NCBI GenBank assembly: GCA_038850615.1
Contig: JAWCLR010000001.1
Span: 16,637-80,636, forward strand
Direction: 5' to 3'
DNA: 64,000 nucleotides
Source of the DNA: Candidatus Woesearchaeota archaeon
GTDB lineage: Archaea; Nanobdellota; Nanobdellia; Woesearchaeales; ARS49
Below are positions 1-9,346 of the stretch, piece after piece. The notes below the pieces were generated by a model. That model searched no databases, was not told the DNA's origin, and worked only from the letters and a program-made list of their open reading frames with translations. How positions within the stretch are numbered: the first letter of the stretch is position 1; each line of letters opens with the position of its first letter. A program made the position numbers and the translations under genes.

Positions 1-1344
1 GATTTCCTTGACGATTTCTGGATAGTGTGCTATGGCTTCTTTTGCTTCTGACGTGAAAGGCGGCCAGACTGATGCCAAATGGACAATAATGGTCAATGGT
101 CCTATTGGTGGTGAGCCTGTGCTTTGTTGCATTCCGTAAGGCTTCCAGTTTGTTTGTAGGATGCTTTTGAATGCTGCGCATGCTGATTGTTGGTATAAGA
201 GCGGGACCCTGTTTGCAAACCTCAGGATTCTTGCAGGCTCTTCCTTTGGTTGCTGACCTCCATATGCAAGCGCAACTTCAACGACGAAGGGGATTCCGCG
301 GTAAACTTCCGGAGGCCTTGTGACTGCTGTGTAGAATTCTGCAGCAACTTCTTTTCTGAGCCCTTTTTCAAGAAGTTCTTCGCCTATTGGGACTATGCAG
401 TCTGTTGGTGGCGCGATTATTTTTGTTTTTTTGATTCCTTCCATTAATTTTTCTATGTGGGCAAGCTCGAGTTCCCTAGGCTTCATGTCTGGTGTGAGTC
501 CTGCGTTTGCGCAGATTTCTTTTGCTGTCTGGCTTCCGACCCTTGAGAATTCGTTCATGAGAAATGACTGCAGTGTTCTTGATTCTGTTGAACGAATCAT
601 TTTGAGCATTATTCCGAGTTCAACGCCATATGGGTGGGGCTTGATTTCCTGGGGCTCCCTTGGCAGTTTGTCTGTTGCTCTTGGGAATATGACTTGTTCT
701 GCTTTTGGGTTTGTGTAAATTATTGTTGCGTGGGGGTTGACGATTGCTGTTTCCTTTAAGTAACTGTCTACGCTTTGGTCTCCTTTTTGGTAGCTTGCCT
801 CAATGTCCAGCTCGACTTTTGTGCCGTGGTCTTTTTTCCATTCAACTTCGTGTTCCTTGACTATGTGGGGCTCGTTTGTTTTCGTGTCAAGATGCAGTTC
901 CATGTGGTGTGCTGGATGCTTTGGGTCTATTCTTGTTGTTATTCTTGCAGGCCTGCCTGTTGTCAATTGCGCGTAAAGTACTGCTGCTGAAATGCCTATT
1001 CCCTGCTGGCCCCTGCCTTGTTTCATTGTGTGGAATTTTGAGCCATAAAGAAGCTTTGCGAACACGTTTGCAATCTGCTTTTTGACTATTCCGGGTCCGT
1101 TGTCCTCAACAATTATTCTGAACCTGTCGTTTCCCATTTCGATTATTTGCACAGAAACCTCTGGCAGTATTCTTGCTTCCTCGCAGGCATCAAGGGAGTT
1201 GTCAACTGCTTCCTTTACTACGGTTAGGAGGGCTTTTCTTTTGTTGTCAAAGCCGAGCAGGTGCCTGTTTCTTTCAAAGAATTCCGCGACTGAGACTGCT
1301 TTTTGCTTCTCTGCAAGTTTTTCTGCAATTGGCCTGTCTGCCAT
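1..1344 (-). CDS. top6B: DNA topoisomerase VI subunit B (runs off window edge)
   Basis: Not in ORF track. Hand translation from ATG at 1344 gives [57 protein letters not shown] (GHKL N-box ExxDNxxDA). TAATG overlap with the upstream gene. Confidence 0.96.
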   Translation of the reverse strand, partial: MADRPIAEKLAEKQKAVSVAEFFERNRHLLGFDNKRKALLTVVKEAVDNSLDACEEARILPEVSVQIIEMGNDRFRIIVEDNGPGIVKKQIANVFAKLLYGSKFHTMKQGRGQQGIGISAAVLYAQLTTGRPARITTRIDPKHPAHHMELHLDTKTNEPHIVKEHEVEWKKDHGTKVELDIEASYQKGDQSVDSYLKETAIVNPHATIIYTNPKAEQVIFPRATDKLPREPQEIKPHPYGVELGIMLKMIRSTESRTLQSFLMNEFSRVGSQTAKEICANAGLTPDMKPRELELAHIEKLMEGIKKTKIIAPPTDCIVPIGEELLEKGLRKEVAAEFYTAVTRPPEVYRGIPFVVEVALAYGGQQPKEEPARILRFANRVPLLYQQSACAAFKSILQTNWKPYGMQQSTGSPPIGPLTIIVHLASVWPPFTSEAKEAIAHYPEIVKEI

Positions 1345-1910
1345 TACTGCTCACCCGTCATTTCTGCAAGTCGCATTTCTTTTCTTTTTCTTTCAAGGAA
1401 CTTGTATACTGTTCCGTGTTTTCTGCCTGAAAGCAATGCCTCAATTGCCTTTCTGGCGTTTGGGATTCCTTCCAGCCTGCCGATGATTCCTATCGTTTTC
1501 CCGTAAACGCTGATGTTCGTGAATGTCAAAGCCTCTATCGTTCTCCTGCTTTTTCCACCCTCGCCAATGACTCTTCCGCGAAGCCTTTGGAGCTCTTTGG
1601 GAGTGCTTGCGTAATCGCTCAGGTTGATGAATTCAATGCCATAATCCTGCTTGAGCAATTGCATTGCGATTTCTGGATTAAAGCCGCGCCCTATCGCCTT
1701 GATTATTTCCCTGCAACTGTATAACAATAGTGCGTCCTTGCCGGTTATGCTCACGTCACCCTCGTCCGAATCGACTTTTATCTTTGTCTTTGTGACGTGT
1801 TCCAGCTGTTTTTTTTGTTCGCCTTTCTTTCCTATGAGCACAGCGACCCTTTCCTTGGGTATTTTCAGCTCATAAGCAAATTCTTCAACTTCTTGGGAGG
1901 TCATAATCAT
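1344..1910 (-). CDS. KH-domain pre-rRNA processing protein (Dim2/Pno1 family)
   Basis: Two KH GxxG motifs ([13 protein letters not shown]), AIGRGF and HGTVY; lies downstream of RIO1 as is usual in archaea. Confidence 0.92.
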   Translation of the reverse strand: MIMTSQEVEEFAYELKIPKERVAVLIGKKGEQKKQLEHVTKTKIKVDSDEGDVSITGKDALLLYSCREIIKAIGRGFNPEIAMQLLKQDYGIEFINLSDYASTPKELQRLRGRVIGEGGKSRRTIEALTFTNISVYGKTIGIIGRLEGIPNARKAIEALLSGRKHGTVYKFLERKRKEMRLAEMTGEQ

Positions 1911-1944
1911 TATACGATTTTTGTGTTGGGAACGTGGTTTGTTT

Positions 1945-2676
1945 TTAAACTTTGCGAATTGGCTTTTTTCCTGTTATTTGCTGCTTTACTATTGTCTCGT
2001 CTGCATTTATTCCTAACTTCCTGAAAAATGTGCAGATGTTCTTTATGTCGCGGTTGAGGTATTCTTTTGCGTTTGGGTTTTCCAGTGTTGTTGCCTGGCT
2101 CATGTCAATAAATACGGGCTCTTCGTTGTAATTTAGAATGTTGAACTGGCTTAAGTCTGTGTGTACCATTCCTGCCTTGTATAATTTCTGCATTCCGCTG
2201 ACAATCTTTTCAAAGAAATTTTTGGGATTCTCTGGAATCAGGTCTTTTACTCGTGGTGCTGGGATTCCCTCATCGCCAATAAACTCCATCACTAACACGT
2301 TATTCAGTACTGCGCGTGGTGTTGGCACTCTTACCCCTGCTTCGCGGGCTTTTAGTAGGTTCCTGTATTCGCGCTTTGCCCACAATACAACAACCTTTCT
2401 GCGGTTCTTGTCCAGTCCTGAAAACCGCGGGTCTGCCCTGAGGTAATCGTACATTTTGTTGAAGTCGCAGGTTGCTATCCTGTAAATCTTGACCATTACT
2501 CTCTCGCCTTGTGCCAATGCCGAGAATATGTTGGCCTCTTTTCCAATGCTGACAGGGCTCTCCAACCCATCCAGTTGCCCTTTGGAAATCAGCTTGAGAA
2601 TCGTCACATTAGTGAAATTGTCAAATACGTCCTTGAATGTCTTCTTTATGTCTTCAGGATGCCTTATGCGCGCCAT
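1945..2676 (-). CDS. rio1: RIO1 family serine/threonine kinase
   Basis: SIGKEANIF, VKIYR, HTDLSQFNIL and IDMSQ motifs. Confidence 0.95.
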   Translation of the reverse strand: MARIRHPEDIKKTFKDVFDNFTNVTILKLISKGQLDGLESPVSIGKEANIFSALAQGERVMVKIYRIATCDFNKMYDYLRADPRFSGLDKNRRKVVVLWAKREYRNLLKAREAGVRVPTPRAVLNNVLVMEFIGDEGIPAPRVKDLIPENPKNFFEKIVSGMQKLYKAGMVHTDLSQFNILNYNEEPVFIDMSQATTLENPNAKEYLNRDIKNICTFFRKLGINADETIVKQQITGKKPIRKV

Positions 2677-2777
2677 TAACCCCCCACAAGATTATTTTGT
2701 TTTTATACCTATCTTTGATTTTCTTTATAAACCAAATACGAACCTTTATATAGACCTGTAACATATAGTTTGGACAG

Positions 2778-3036
2778 GTTAAAAGGCCGCAATTATGGCC
2801 CGTTGCCGAGAGAACCCTGTGGAGCTGACGGAAAACCAAGCAATGAGCTCAGGGGGTTAGCGGCGTGGCTACAGGCCTTTTAACAAAGTCAAGATAACCA
2901 AACAGAGACTGAAAAGAACCAATCATCATCATTTGTTCACTTTCCTTCGGTTTGAGGAAGGAATAAGCCGGAAAATAACCAAAAGAAGTCCCAAAGGATG
3001 CTTTTAGTCATTTCTGGCCGGACTGGTTCTTTTTAG
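2778..3036 (+). ncRNA. Putative structured RNA or long 5' leader upstream of dnaG (two folded domains)
   Basis: 11-bp terminal stem GTTAAAAGGCC/GGCCTTTTAAC (2778-2884) with nested helices. Second domain closed by CTGAAAAGAACC/GGTTCTTTTTAG (2909-3036). G-U pairs favour the + strand. TATA-like TTTATATA about 26 nt upstream. Confidence 0.55.
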
Positions 3037-3077
3037 CCTTTTGATAACACAATGGGGAATAATATGGAGGGTTTAAA

Positions 3078-4382
3078 ATGGGAAAAATCAGTCCTGTTTC
3101 ATCTAAGTATATTATCAACGCAAGCATTGAAATCGAAGGGGTTGTTGACAGGCCGGATGTCATTGGCGCGGTCTTTGGCCAGACAGAAGGCCTCTTGGGC
3201 GCAGACCTTGAGCTCAGGGAGCTTCAGCGCTCAGGCCGTATAGGCCGTATCGAGGTTAATACAGAAACGCGTGGCGGGAAGACGCAGGGAAGCATAATCA
3301 TACCATCTTCTTTGGACAAGGCAGAAACTGCAATTGTTGCTGCTGCTTTGGAAATCATACAGCGAATAGGTCCGTGCAATGCAAAGCTAAAGGTCACAAA
3401 CATTGAGGATGTCAGGATTAGCAAGAGGAACTTTGTCATTGAGCGCGCAAAGGAATTGCTCAGGACAATGGTTGACAGTGTGATGCCTGACTCGCAGGAG
3501 CTTGCAGAGGAGGTCGCGCACTCTGTTAGGATTATGGAAATCACTGAGTACGGCAGGGACAGGTGTCCTGCAGGTCCTGGAATTGATGAGGCAGATGAGG
3601 TTATTGTTGTTGAGGGCAGGGCAGACGTGCTTAACCTGTTGAAGAACGGTTTCAAGAACGTCATTGCAATGAACGGCACTCAGGTTCCGCAGACAATAAT
3701 TGACTTGAGCAGGAAGAAGGACATTGTTGTCTTTCTTGACGGCGACAGGGGCGGGAACCTCATTCTCAAGGAGTTGATGAACATTGCAGAGATTGACTTT
3801 GTTGCAAGGGCTCCTGATGGAAAGGAAGTTGAGGAGCTTGCAAAGAAGGAAATTCACAAGGCATTGAGAAGCAGAATAACGATAGAGCAGGCAAAGCTTG
3901 AACTGGCTGCGAATGATACCTCGCAGAGCATTCGCAGACCTATGTTGCGCGAGAGCACGTTGAGGATGCAGCCGGCTCCTGTCAGGGTTGTGCAACCCCA
4001 AAGGATTCAGCCATTTGCCAGCAGGTCAGCCTCTGCCGAGCCTGAGCTTAAGCGGGTTATGCCTGTTGGGCCTGTGATGCAGGGAAAGCAACTGAACCCT
4101 GAGGAAAAGAAGCGCTTTAGCAGCATGCTTGAGAACCTCATCGGCACTCGCGGCGCTTATTTACTTGACAACAAGATGAACGTGCTTGGCAAGGTTCCTT
4201 TTACGGAGCTTGGAAGCACTCTCAAGACCCTTAATTCGGGAGTTTATGCCATTGTCTTTGACGGTTCTGCTGACAAGGAAATCACTGACATAGCAGAAAG
4301 GGCAGGCGTCAAGCATATCATCGCAATGGACAGCAAGGTCAACGGCACTGCAGTAAACGTGGTTACTGCAGCTGAATTGTAA
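3078..4382 (+). CDS. dnaG: Archaeal DnaG-like protein (TOPRIM; exosome-associated in characterised archaea)
   Basis: DVIGAVFGQTEGLLG, LRELQRSGRIGRI, VVEGRADV and DGDRGG motifs. Confidence 0.96.
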   Translation: MGKISPVSSKYIINASIEIEGVVDRPDVIGAVFGQTEGLLGADLELRELQRSGRIGRIEVNTETRGGKTQGSIIIPSSLDKAETAIVAAALEIIQRIGPCNAKLKVTNIEDVRISKRNFVIERAKELLRTMVDSVMPDSQELAEEVAHSVRIMEITEYGRDRCPAGPGIDEADEVIVVEGRADVLNLLKNGFKNVIAMNGTQVPQTIIDLSRKKDIVVFLDGDRGGNLILKELMNIAEIDFVARAPDGKEVEELAKKEIHKALRSRITIEQAKLELAANDTSQSIRRPMLRESTLRMQPAPVRVVQPQRIQPFASRSASAEPELKRVMPVGPVMQGKQLNPEEKKRFSSMLENLIGTRGAYLLDNKMNVLGKVPFTELGSTLKTLNSGVYAIVFDGSADKEITDIAERAGVKHIIAMDSKVNGTAVNVVTAAEL

Positions 4383-4391
4383 TGGTGAATA

Positions 4392-4775
4392 ATGTTGGAA
4401 AACATTGTCAAGCAATTGGTAGAACTTGCAAAAGCAGAAAAATGGGATGAAGTTGACGCCAAAATCCCAAAAGTCTGCAATGACAGTGTAGTGATTCGCT
4501 GGGCATACACGCAGGGATTGTACGATTGTGACGATGCAAATGTTCGTGATTTGGCCGCCAGCATTCTTGAAAAGGCAGACTGGCCTAAAATGCTGGATAA
4601 GATAATCCGTCGCAATCTTTTGGGTGCTTTCAGAACAGAGAAGCACACATATGCTAGGTTCAGGATGGCTTGCGCTCTCTACGGTCACAAATGCAAGACT
4701 GGCCCTGTAAAGGCAGCCATTGAGGAAGCCCCAAAAGATGTTCAGAAAATCGCACAGAAATACCTGAAGCGCTGA
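4392..4775 (+). CDS. Hypothetical alpha-helical protein (HEAT-repeat-like)
   Basis: GGTGA RBS upstream; DDANVRDLAASIL and YARFRMACAL resemble HEAT/PBS repeats. Confidence 0.6.
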   Translation: MLENIVKQLVELAKAEKWDEVDAKIPKVCNDSVVIRWAYTQGLYDCDDANVRDLAASILEKADWPKMLDKIIRRNLLGAFRTEKHTYARFRMACALYGHKCKTGPVKAAIEEAPKDVQKIAQKYLKR

Positions 4776-4816
4776 CAAATGCAAACATTTTTATTCTTCT
4801 TCTTTTTTTATTTTAT

Positions 4817-5257
4817 ATGCACCAATACAGAATCCTTGTAGAGATAAGCAATCCGAAACTCCTTCTAAACGGCGATGAATCATCCGGTCTTCGGCAAGGG
4901 GTCAAAGGCGGTCTTGGACTGATTGATTTGCAGTTGCCTTGCAAGGAACTCCTAATTCGCAATTATGACGGGCAGTTTGCTGCTTTCCCTATTAAAACAA
5001 TTAAGGCAGCGAATCCTGAATGTTACGACATTGTTTACAGGATTAGTGACAGAACAGATTGTGTTGAGTCTGCGCTAAAGGAATCAAAAAATGTTGTGGG
5101 AATACTTGTTGAGAATCAAGAAAATGCTTGTTTAGAGGCAATCACAAAATTGAAGGAATCTTATCAAGACAGGGTGATTTGCGCAAAGGACTTTCTCGAA
5201 GCGGCAGTCAAGCTTGTCTGTGATTATGAGCTTAACAAAGACAGAAGAGTGGCATAA
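4817..5257 (+). CDS. Hypothetical protein
   Basis: 146-aa ORF filling the gap, co-oriented with neighbours; no motif recognised. Confidence 0.6.
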   Translation: MHQYRILVEISNPKLLLNGDESSGLRQGVKGGLGLIDLQLPCKELLIRNYDGQFAAFPIKTIKAANPECYDIVYRISDRTDCVESALKESKNVVGILVENQENACLEAITKLKESYQDRVICAKDFLEAAVKLVCDYELNKDRRVA

Positions 5258-5299
5258 ACCTTTTTATACTCATCAACCACATTTCTTGTTGAAAAGAGG

Positions 5300-6640
5300 A
5301 TGGCATACGAAATAATTCTTGGAAGGGAGGAAGCTGAAAGGGAGAAGTTCGGAATCCTTGGCACAATACTCCTTGGCAAGCATTACGTGCAGATGGGGCA
5401 GACAACCGCTTTAGCGCAAAACATTTACCTTGACCTCAACAGGGCGCACGTTGTTTTCGTCTGCGGAAAACGAGGTTCAGGAAAGTCATACTCCCTCGGA
5501 GTCATTGCCGAAGGAATAGCAACAATGCCTGAGGAACAACGCTCCCGCCTTGCAGTCATCCTTCTCGACACAATGGGTATTTATTGGACAATGAAGTATC
5601 CCAATCACAAGGACGAGCATTTGCTCCACCAGTGGGGTATTGAAGGTAGGGGAATTCCTGTAAGAATATTCACCCCAACAGGTTTTTTCAAGAAATACAA
5701 GTCAGAAGGCATTCCCACGGATGTTCCTTTCTCAATCAGGCCTTACGAGCTCACGCCAGAGGACTGGAACCTGACTTTTGACATACACCCGGATGACCCA
5801 CTTGCTGTTTTCATAGCAAGAATAATACTCACGCTGAAAAAGGAACGCGATGATTATGACATTGAAGATATCCTTCAGGCAATAGAAGCAGACCCAAGAG
5901 AGGATGAGCATGTTAAGAATGCCGCAATCAACCGTTTCCGGAGTGTTGAGCAATGGGGCGTTTTTTCAAGGGAGGCAACGCCGCTTAAAGAAATAGTCAG
6001 GGGAGGTCAGATAACCATTCTTGATTTAAGCCCTTATGCCGTAATGCCCAACGGCTGGAAGATAAAGCATTTGGTTATTGGTCTTGTGGCTGAGAAGCTG
6101 TTCATGGAGCGCATGGTTGTCAGGAAGAATGAGGAATTTCAGAGCATTCATTCTGCAATACATTATTTGCTAACGCAGGAAGAAGAGGAAGAGGAAAAGC
6201 TAAGGTCAAGGGAGATGCCTATCGTCTGGGTAATGATTGACGAGGCGCACGAATTCCTGCCTGCGGAGGGCAAGACCGCCGCAACTGACGCCCTCATAAC
6301 GCTTCTGAGGGAGGGTCGCCAACCTGGAATCGCTCTTGTGCTCTCAACCCAGCAACCTGGCAAGATCCATACTGATGCGATGACGCAGTCTGACATTGTA
6401 CTTGCCCATCGCCTGACTGCAAAAGTTGACACTGACGCCCTTGGAAGTATAATCCAGAGCTATTTGAGGGGCAGTTTGGACAAGGAGCTCTCATTGCTTC
6501 CAAGGGTTGCTGGCGCGTGCATTGCTGTTGATGATGTTAATGAAAGAATGTATCCCATGCAAGTGCGGCCTAGGTTCAGTTGGCACGGAGGCGGGGCGCC
6601 TAAGATAGTTGAAGAAAAAAAGAAAGCGCTGGAATTCTAA
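5300..6640 (+). CDS. HerA/FtsK-superfamily P-loop ATPase (DUF87-like)
   Basis: Walker A GKRGSGKS, Walker B VMIDEAH, REGR arginine finger, STQQP. Confidence 0.88.
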   Translation: MAYEIILGREEAEREKFGILGTILLGKHYVQMGQTTALAQNIYLDLNRAHVVFVCGKRGSGKSYSLGVIAEGIATMPEEQRSRLAVILLDTMGIYWTMKYPNHKDEHLLHQWGIEGRGIPVRIFTPTGFFKKYKSEGIPTDVPFSIRPYELTPEDWNLTFDIHPDDPLAVFIARIILTLKKERDDYDIEDILQAIEADPREDEHVKNAAINRFRSVEQWGVFSREATPLKEIVRGGQITILDLSPYAVMPNGWKIKHLVIGLVAEKLFMERMVVRKNEEFQSIHSAIHYLLTQEEEEEEKLRSREMPIVWVMIDEAHEFLPAEGKTAATDALITLLREGRQPGIALVLSTQQPGKIHTDAMTQSDIVLAHRLTAKVDTDALGSIIQSYLRGSLDKELSLLPRVAGACIAVDDVNERMYPMQVRPRFSWHGGGAPKIVEEKKKALEF

Positions 6641-6655
6641 TAAAAAAATTCTGCC

Positions 6656-7393
6656 TTAAATGGCAGGCGGAGTGACATCCTTATCAGTGAGCGTGTTGAA
6701 CTGCAAATCATTGAACTTGTAGTTCAATTCTGGCCCTGATGAAGGCACAATTCTTACCGCTCTCGGGATTCCGTACGTGTCATCAATCCACATCTGGACG
6801 AGCTTTCCGCCCTCTTCATACTCTATCTTGGTCACTGTTCGTTCGTCATAGAGTTCAGGACCCAGTATTGTCGCTGTGGGCGGAACCGACTTCACGAACT
6901 CGTACGGGGTTTTGGTCAGGTACTTGTTGTAATCAAGGTCTGTCCATGTCTTTTTTGTGTTGTCTCCCTGCGGCCAGATGCATCTGCGCTTGTTTTCGCA
7001 CCTTCCCACGGCGGTTTTTGTCGCGGTGTCAAGATAGACTGTGTCAAAATAAGTCTCCGGAATGTAAGGCTCATACTCGTAGAGCTTTATCTTTACTTTT
7101 GTGCCCTTGACATAGAACTTATCAGGCTGCTGTTTTGTCGGAATTATGAGCTCAAGGTAGCTGTAACTCTTGACCTTCTGGTCAGCCTTGGCGAGCAATT
7201 CCTGAAGTTCTTTTGCGACTGTAGGAACTGGCTTTGCCTCCACTGGTTTTGGTCCTGGCGGCACAGGCGTTGCTGGCTGTGCAACAGGTGGAGTGGCCGG
7301 AGTAGCCGATGGCGCTGGTGGAACAGGCTGTGCAGGAGTGCACGAAATCATCATTAGTACAACAAATGCTACAACAAGCGCAGTGTGCTTCAT
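6656..7393 (-). CDS. Putative lipoprotein with Pro-rich linker
   Basis: Signal peptide ending MISC (lipobox-like), PAPSATPATPP linker, then a beta-rich domain with WIDDTYGIP. Confidence 0.7.
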   Translation of the reverse strand: MKHTALVVAFVVLMMISCTPAQPVPPAPSATPATPPVAQPATPVPPGPKPVEAKPVPTVAKELQELLAKADQKVKSYSYLELIIPTKQQPDKFYVKGTKVKIKLYEYEPYIPETYFDTVYLDTATKTAVGRCENKRRCIWPQGDNTKKTWTDLDYNKYLTKTPYEFVKSVPPTATILGPELYDERTVTKIEYEEGGKLVQMWIDDTYGIPRAVRIVPSSGPELNYKFNDLQFNTLTDKDVTPPAI

Positions 7394-7413
7394 AACCAAT
7401 CACCAAAGTGTTT

Positions 7414-7686
7414 TTATTTTATGGGCCTTGCACCAAGTTGTGCATCAGGCGACGCGCGGCTCATTGATATCATTGAAGCAAGGAACATGCACGCGAACAC
7501 TACGGCAAACGCGACTGCCATCGGAACAGAGAATTTCTGGACATAAAGCAATGATATGAAGAATCCCACTATGCTGGTAACCATAAAGCCGGCGCTGAGC
7601 GGAGCCCATTTTCTGGCGGGTGGGGGCAGTTCTGCGGGAATGTCCTTCCTGACAGGCCCGTGCCTGTGATCACCCTTTCTTGCCAT
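7414..7686 (-). CDS. Small two-TM membrane protein
   Basis: Two hydrophobic helices; co-oriented with neighbours. Confidence 0.7.
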   Translation of the reverse strand: MARKGDHRHGPVRKDIPAELPPPARKWAPLSAGFMVTSIVGFFISLLYVQKFSVPMAVAFAVVFACMFLASMISMSRASPDAQLGARPIK

Positions 7687-7728
7687 ACGCCTGCCGTTCT
7701 CCTCTCGGATTATATAAATGTTTCTGCA

Positions 7729-8820
7729 CTAGCTGAATTTGATGAACTTGATGTTTTTGACTTGCTTCCGAGCATCTTCTAGCCTTTCGGTAAAGTATTC
7801 CATAAATGCCGTCATTTTTTCGCATGCTATCTTCTTCAGCTCTCCTGAAAGCATCTGGCCTGTCTTGTACTGCTGGTAAATCATGTCAAGCCTGTTGTCA
7901 TTTTCTATCAAATGCATCTTCAGGAGCTCGAAAACCATATCCTTTTCAACCTCTGCGCCAAGCCTGCGCTGCTCTTCTGCGGTCTTTCTTCCTCCTGTGA
8001 CTGCCTTCTGGATTTTTCTGCAGACGTCCTTTGGGTCCTCAGGGAGTTCTATGCAGCTTCCTGGCCTGCTCTTGCTCATTTTAAGCGAGCCGTCAAGCGA
8101 TGGAGTGAACTTGTGATAGATGCCTGCTGGAGGAATCATGTTGTGCATTTTTCCAGAGCGCGCAACAACATCTCTCGTTAGCCTTATGTGTGGGTCTTGG
8201 TCAATCCCGACAGGAATCACCCCAGGCATTTTTTCCTCCAGCTGGGGGAAAAGAATGTCTCCAACCTGCGTGACAGCAGCCATTATCCTTGACGGGTCTG
8301 CAGTGCCGTAAACAGCCCTGAACTCATTGAGCGTTATCTTCTGGGCTGCTTCGTAAGCTAGATGTATGACGTCCTTGTTCTCGCTCTGAAAGTAAAAGGT
8401 TGTCTTCTTTGGGTCAAGCCCTAACGCAATATATGCAGGAATGTGGAATTCAAGCGCCCTCTTCCGAGCAAGTTCTAGGGAAACCCCCCTTGTCGTGGCT
8501 GCCTCAAGGTCTGCAACAAGTACATACGTCTTTGCGCCGTGATCCTGAAAATAGCGCATCATTTCCACAACCATCTTCGTGCCCAGATGCACCTTGTCTG
8601 CAGTCGGCATTATTCCAGTAAGGGCATAGTATGGCTTCTTTTTACTGATGCAGTCAGCAATAACCTTTTGGTCGCGCGCTGCAAAGACTATCATCCTGCG
8701 CATCAGCCTATTAGGTTCAGGAAACAATGAGGGATCAAACACTTCAAGCCCGAACTGCTTCACGATTTTCTCGTATTCCGCAGGAAGCTCTGCACCCCAC
8801 GGGTCTATTATGAGCGCCAT
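7729..8820 (-). CDS. trpS: Tryptophan--tRNA ligase (archaeal type)
   Basis: IDPWG, TGIMPT..VHLG, PVGIDQDPH, KMSKS, AVTGGR. Confidence 0.96.
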   Translation of the reverse strand: MALIIDPWGAELPAEYEKIVKQFGLEVFDPSLFPEPNRLMRRMIVFAARDQKVIADCISKKKPYYALTGIMPTADKVHLGTKMVVEMMRYFQDHGAKTYVLVADLEAATTRGVSLELARKRALEFHIPAYIALGLDPKKTTFYFQSENKDVIHLAYEAAQKITLNEFRAVYGTADPSRIMAAVTQVGDILFPQLEEKMPGVIPVGIDQDPHIRLTRDVVARSGKMHNMIPPAGIYHKFTPSLDGSLKMSKSRPGSCIELPEDPKDVCRKIQKAVTGGRKTAEEQRRLGAEVEKDMVFELLKMHLIENDNRLDMIYQQYKTGQMLSGELKKIACEKMTAFMEYFTERLEDARKQVKNIKFIKFS

Positions 8821-8835
8821 AATGCCTTGCTTTGG

Positions 8836-9294
8836 CTATTCTGTTTTAAAAACTTTCTCCACAAGGGCGAGTGCGGCATCTCTTGTTGCTGGAAATGCTG
8901 CAACGGCCATTTTCACGTGATAGCACCAGCCAGAATCTGTGATGAAAAGGTGCCTGTCAGAAAGCCATTTACCCTTGTCAAAGCGTATGAAGAAGTGCAG
9001 GTCTGAGTCAAGCCTTGATTCCCTCTGCCTCAATAAAAGCTCTTTTTGCTCTTTTGTTAACCTATTTAACAATGCTTTGAGAAATGCGTTTGTATGGGCT
9101 TCCTTTGAAAGCGTGATGGTGAATATCTTTATCTGCTGCTCGTTGAATCCTTGGGCGGTTTCTTCTTTTACCTCAATTTTTTCCTTTGGAAGGTTTAACG
9201 GCACAAGCTCGATAAGCCCTTGTTTTACAGTGGAAACATCTTCTTCTGATGGTTTTGCAAAGACAGAAAGCACCACATTATTCAGGTACTTCAT
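8836..9294 (-). CDS. DUF54-like putative RNA-binding protein
   Basis: ATG at 9294 (MKYLNNVVLSVF); EED, AQGFN and FFIRFDK patterns typical of this archaeal family. Confidence 0.7.
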   Translation of the reverse strand: MKYLNNVVLSVFAKPSEEDVSTVKQGLIELVPLNLPKEKIEVKEETAQGFNEQQIKIFTITLSKEAHTNAFLKALLNRLTKEQKELLLRQRESRLDSDLHFFIRFDKGKWLSDRHLFITDSGWCYHVKMAVAAFPATRDAALALVEKVFKTE

Positions 9295-9346
9295 ACTCGT
9301 ACTGGAAAACAAAGACTTTATATAAGCTTTCACTGCCGAAAAGGGC

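Noticed and set aside
250..1506. + strand ORFs at the window start
   Set aside because: Antisense to top6B and the KH gene.
2778..2884. Hairpin as a second, bacterial-type 4.5S SRP RNA
   Set aside because: It lacks the CAGG/AGCA symmetric loop with GNRA tetraloop; the true SRP RNA is at 12187-12460.
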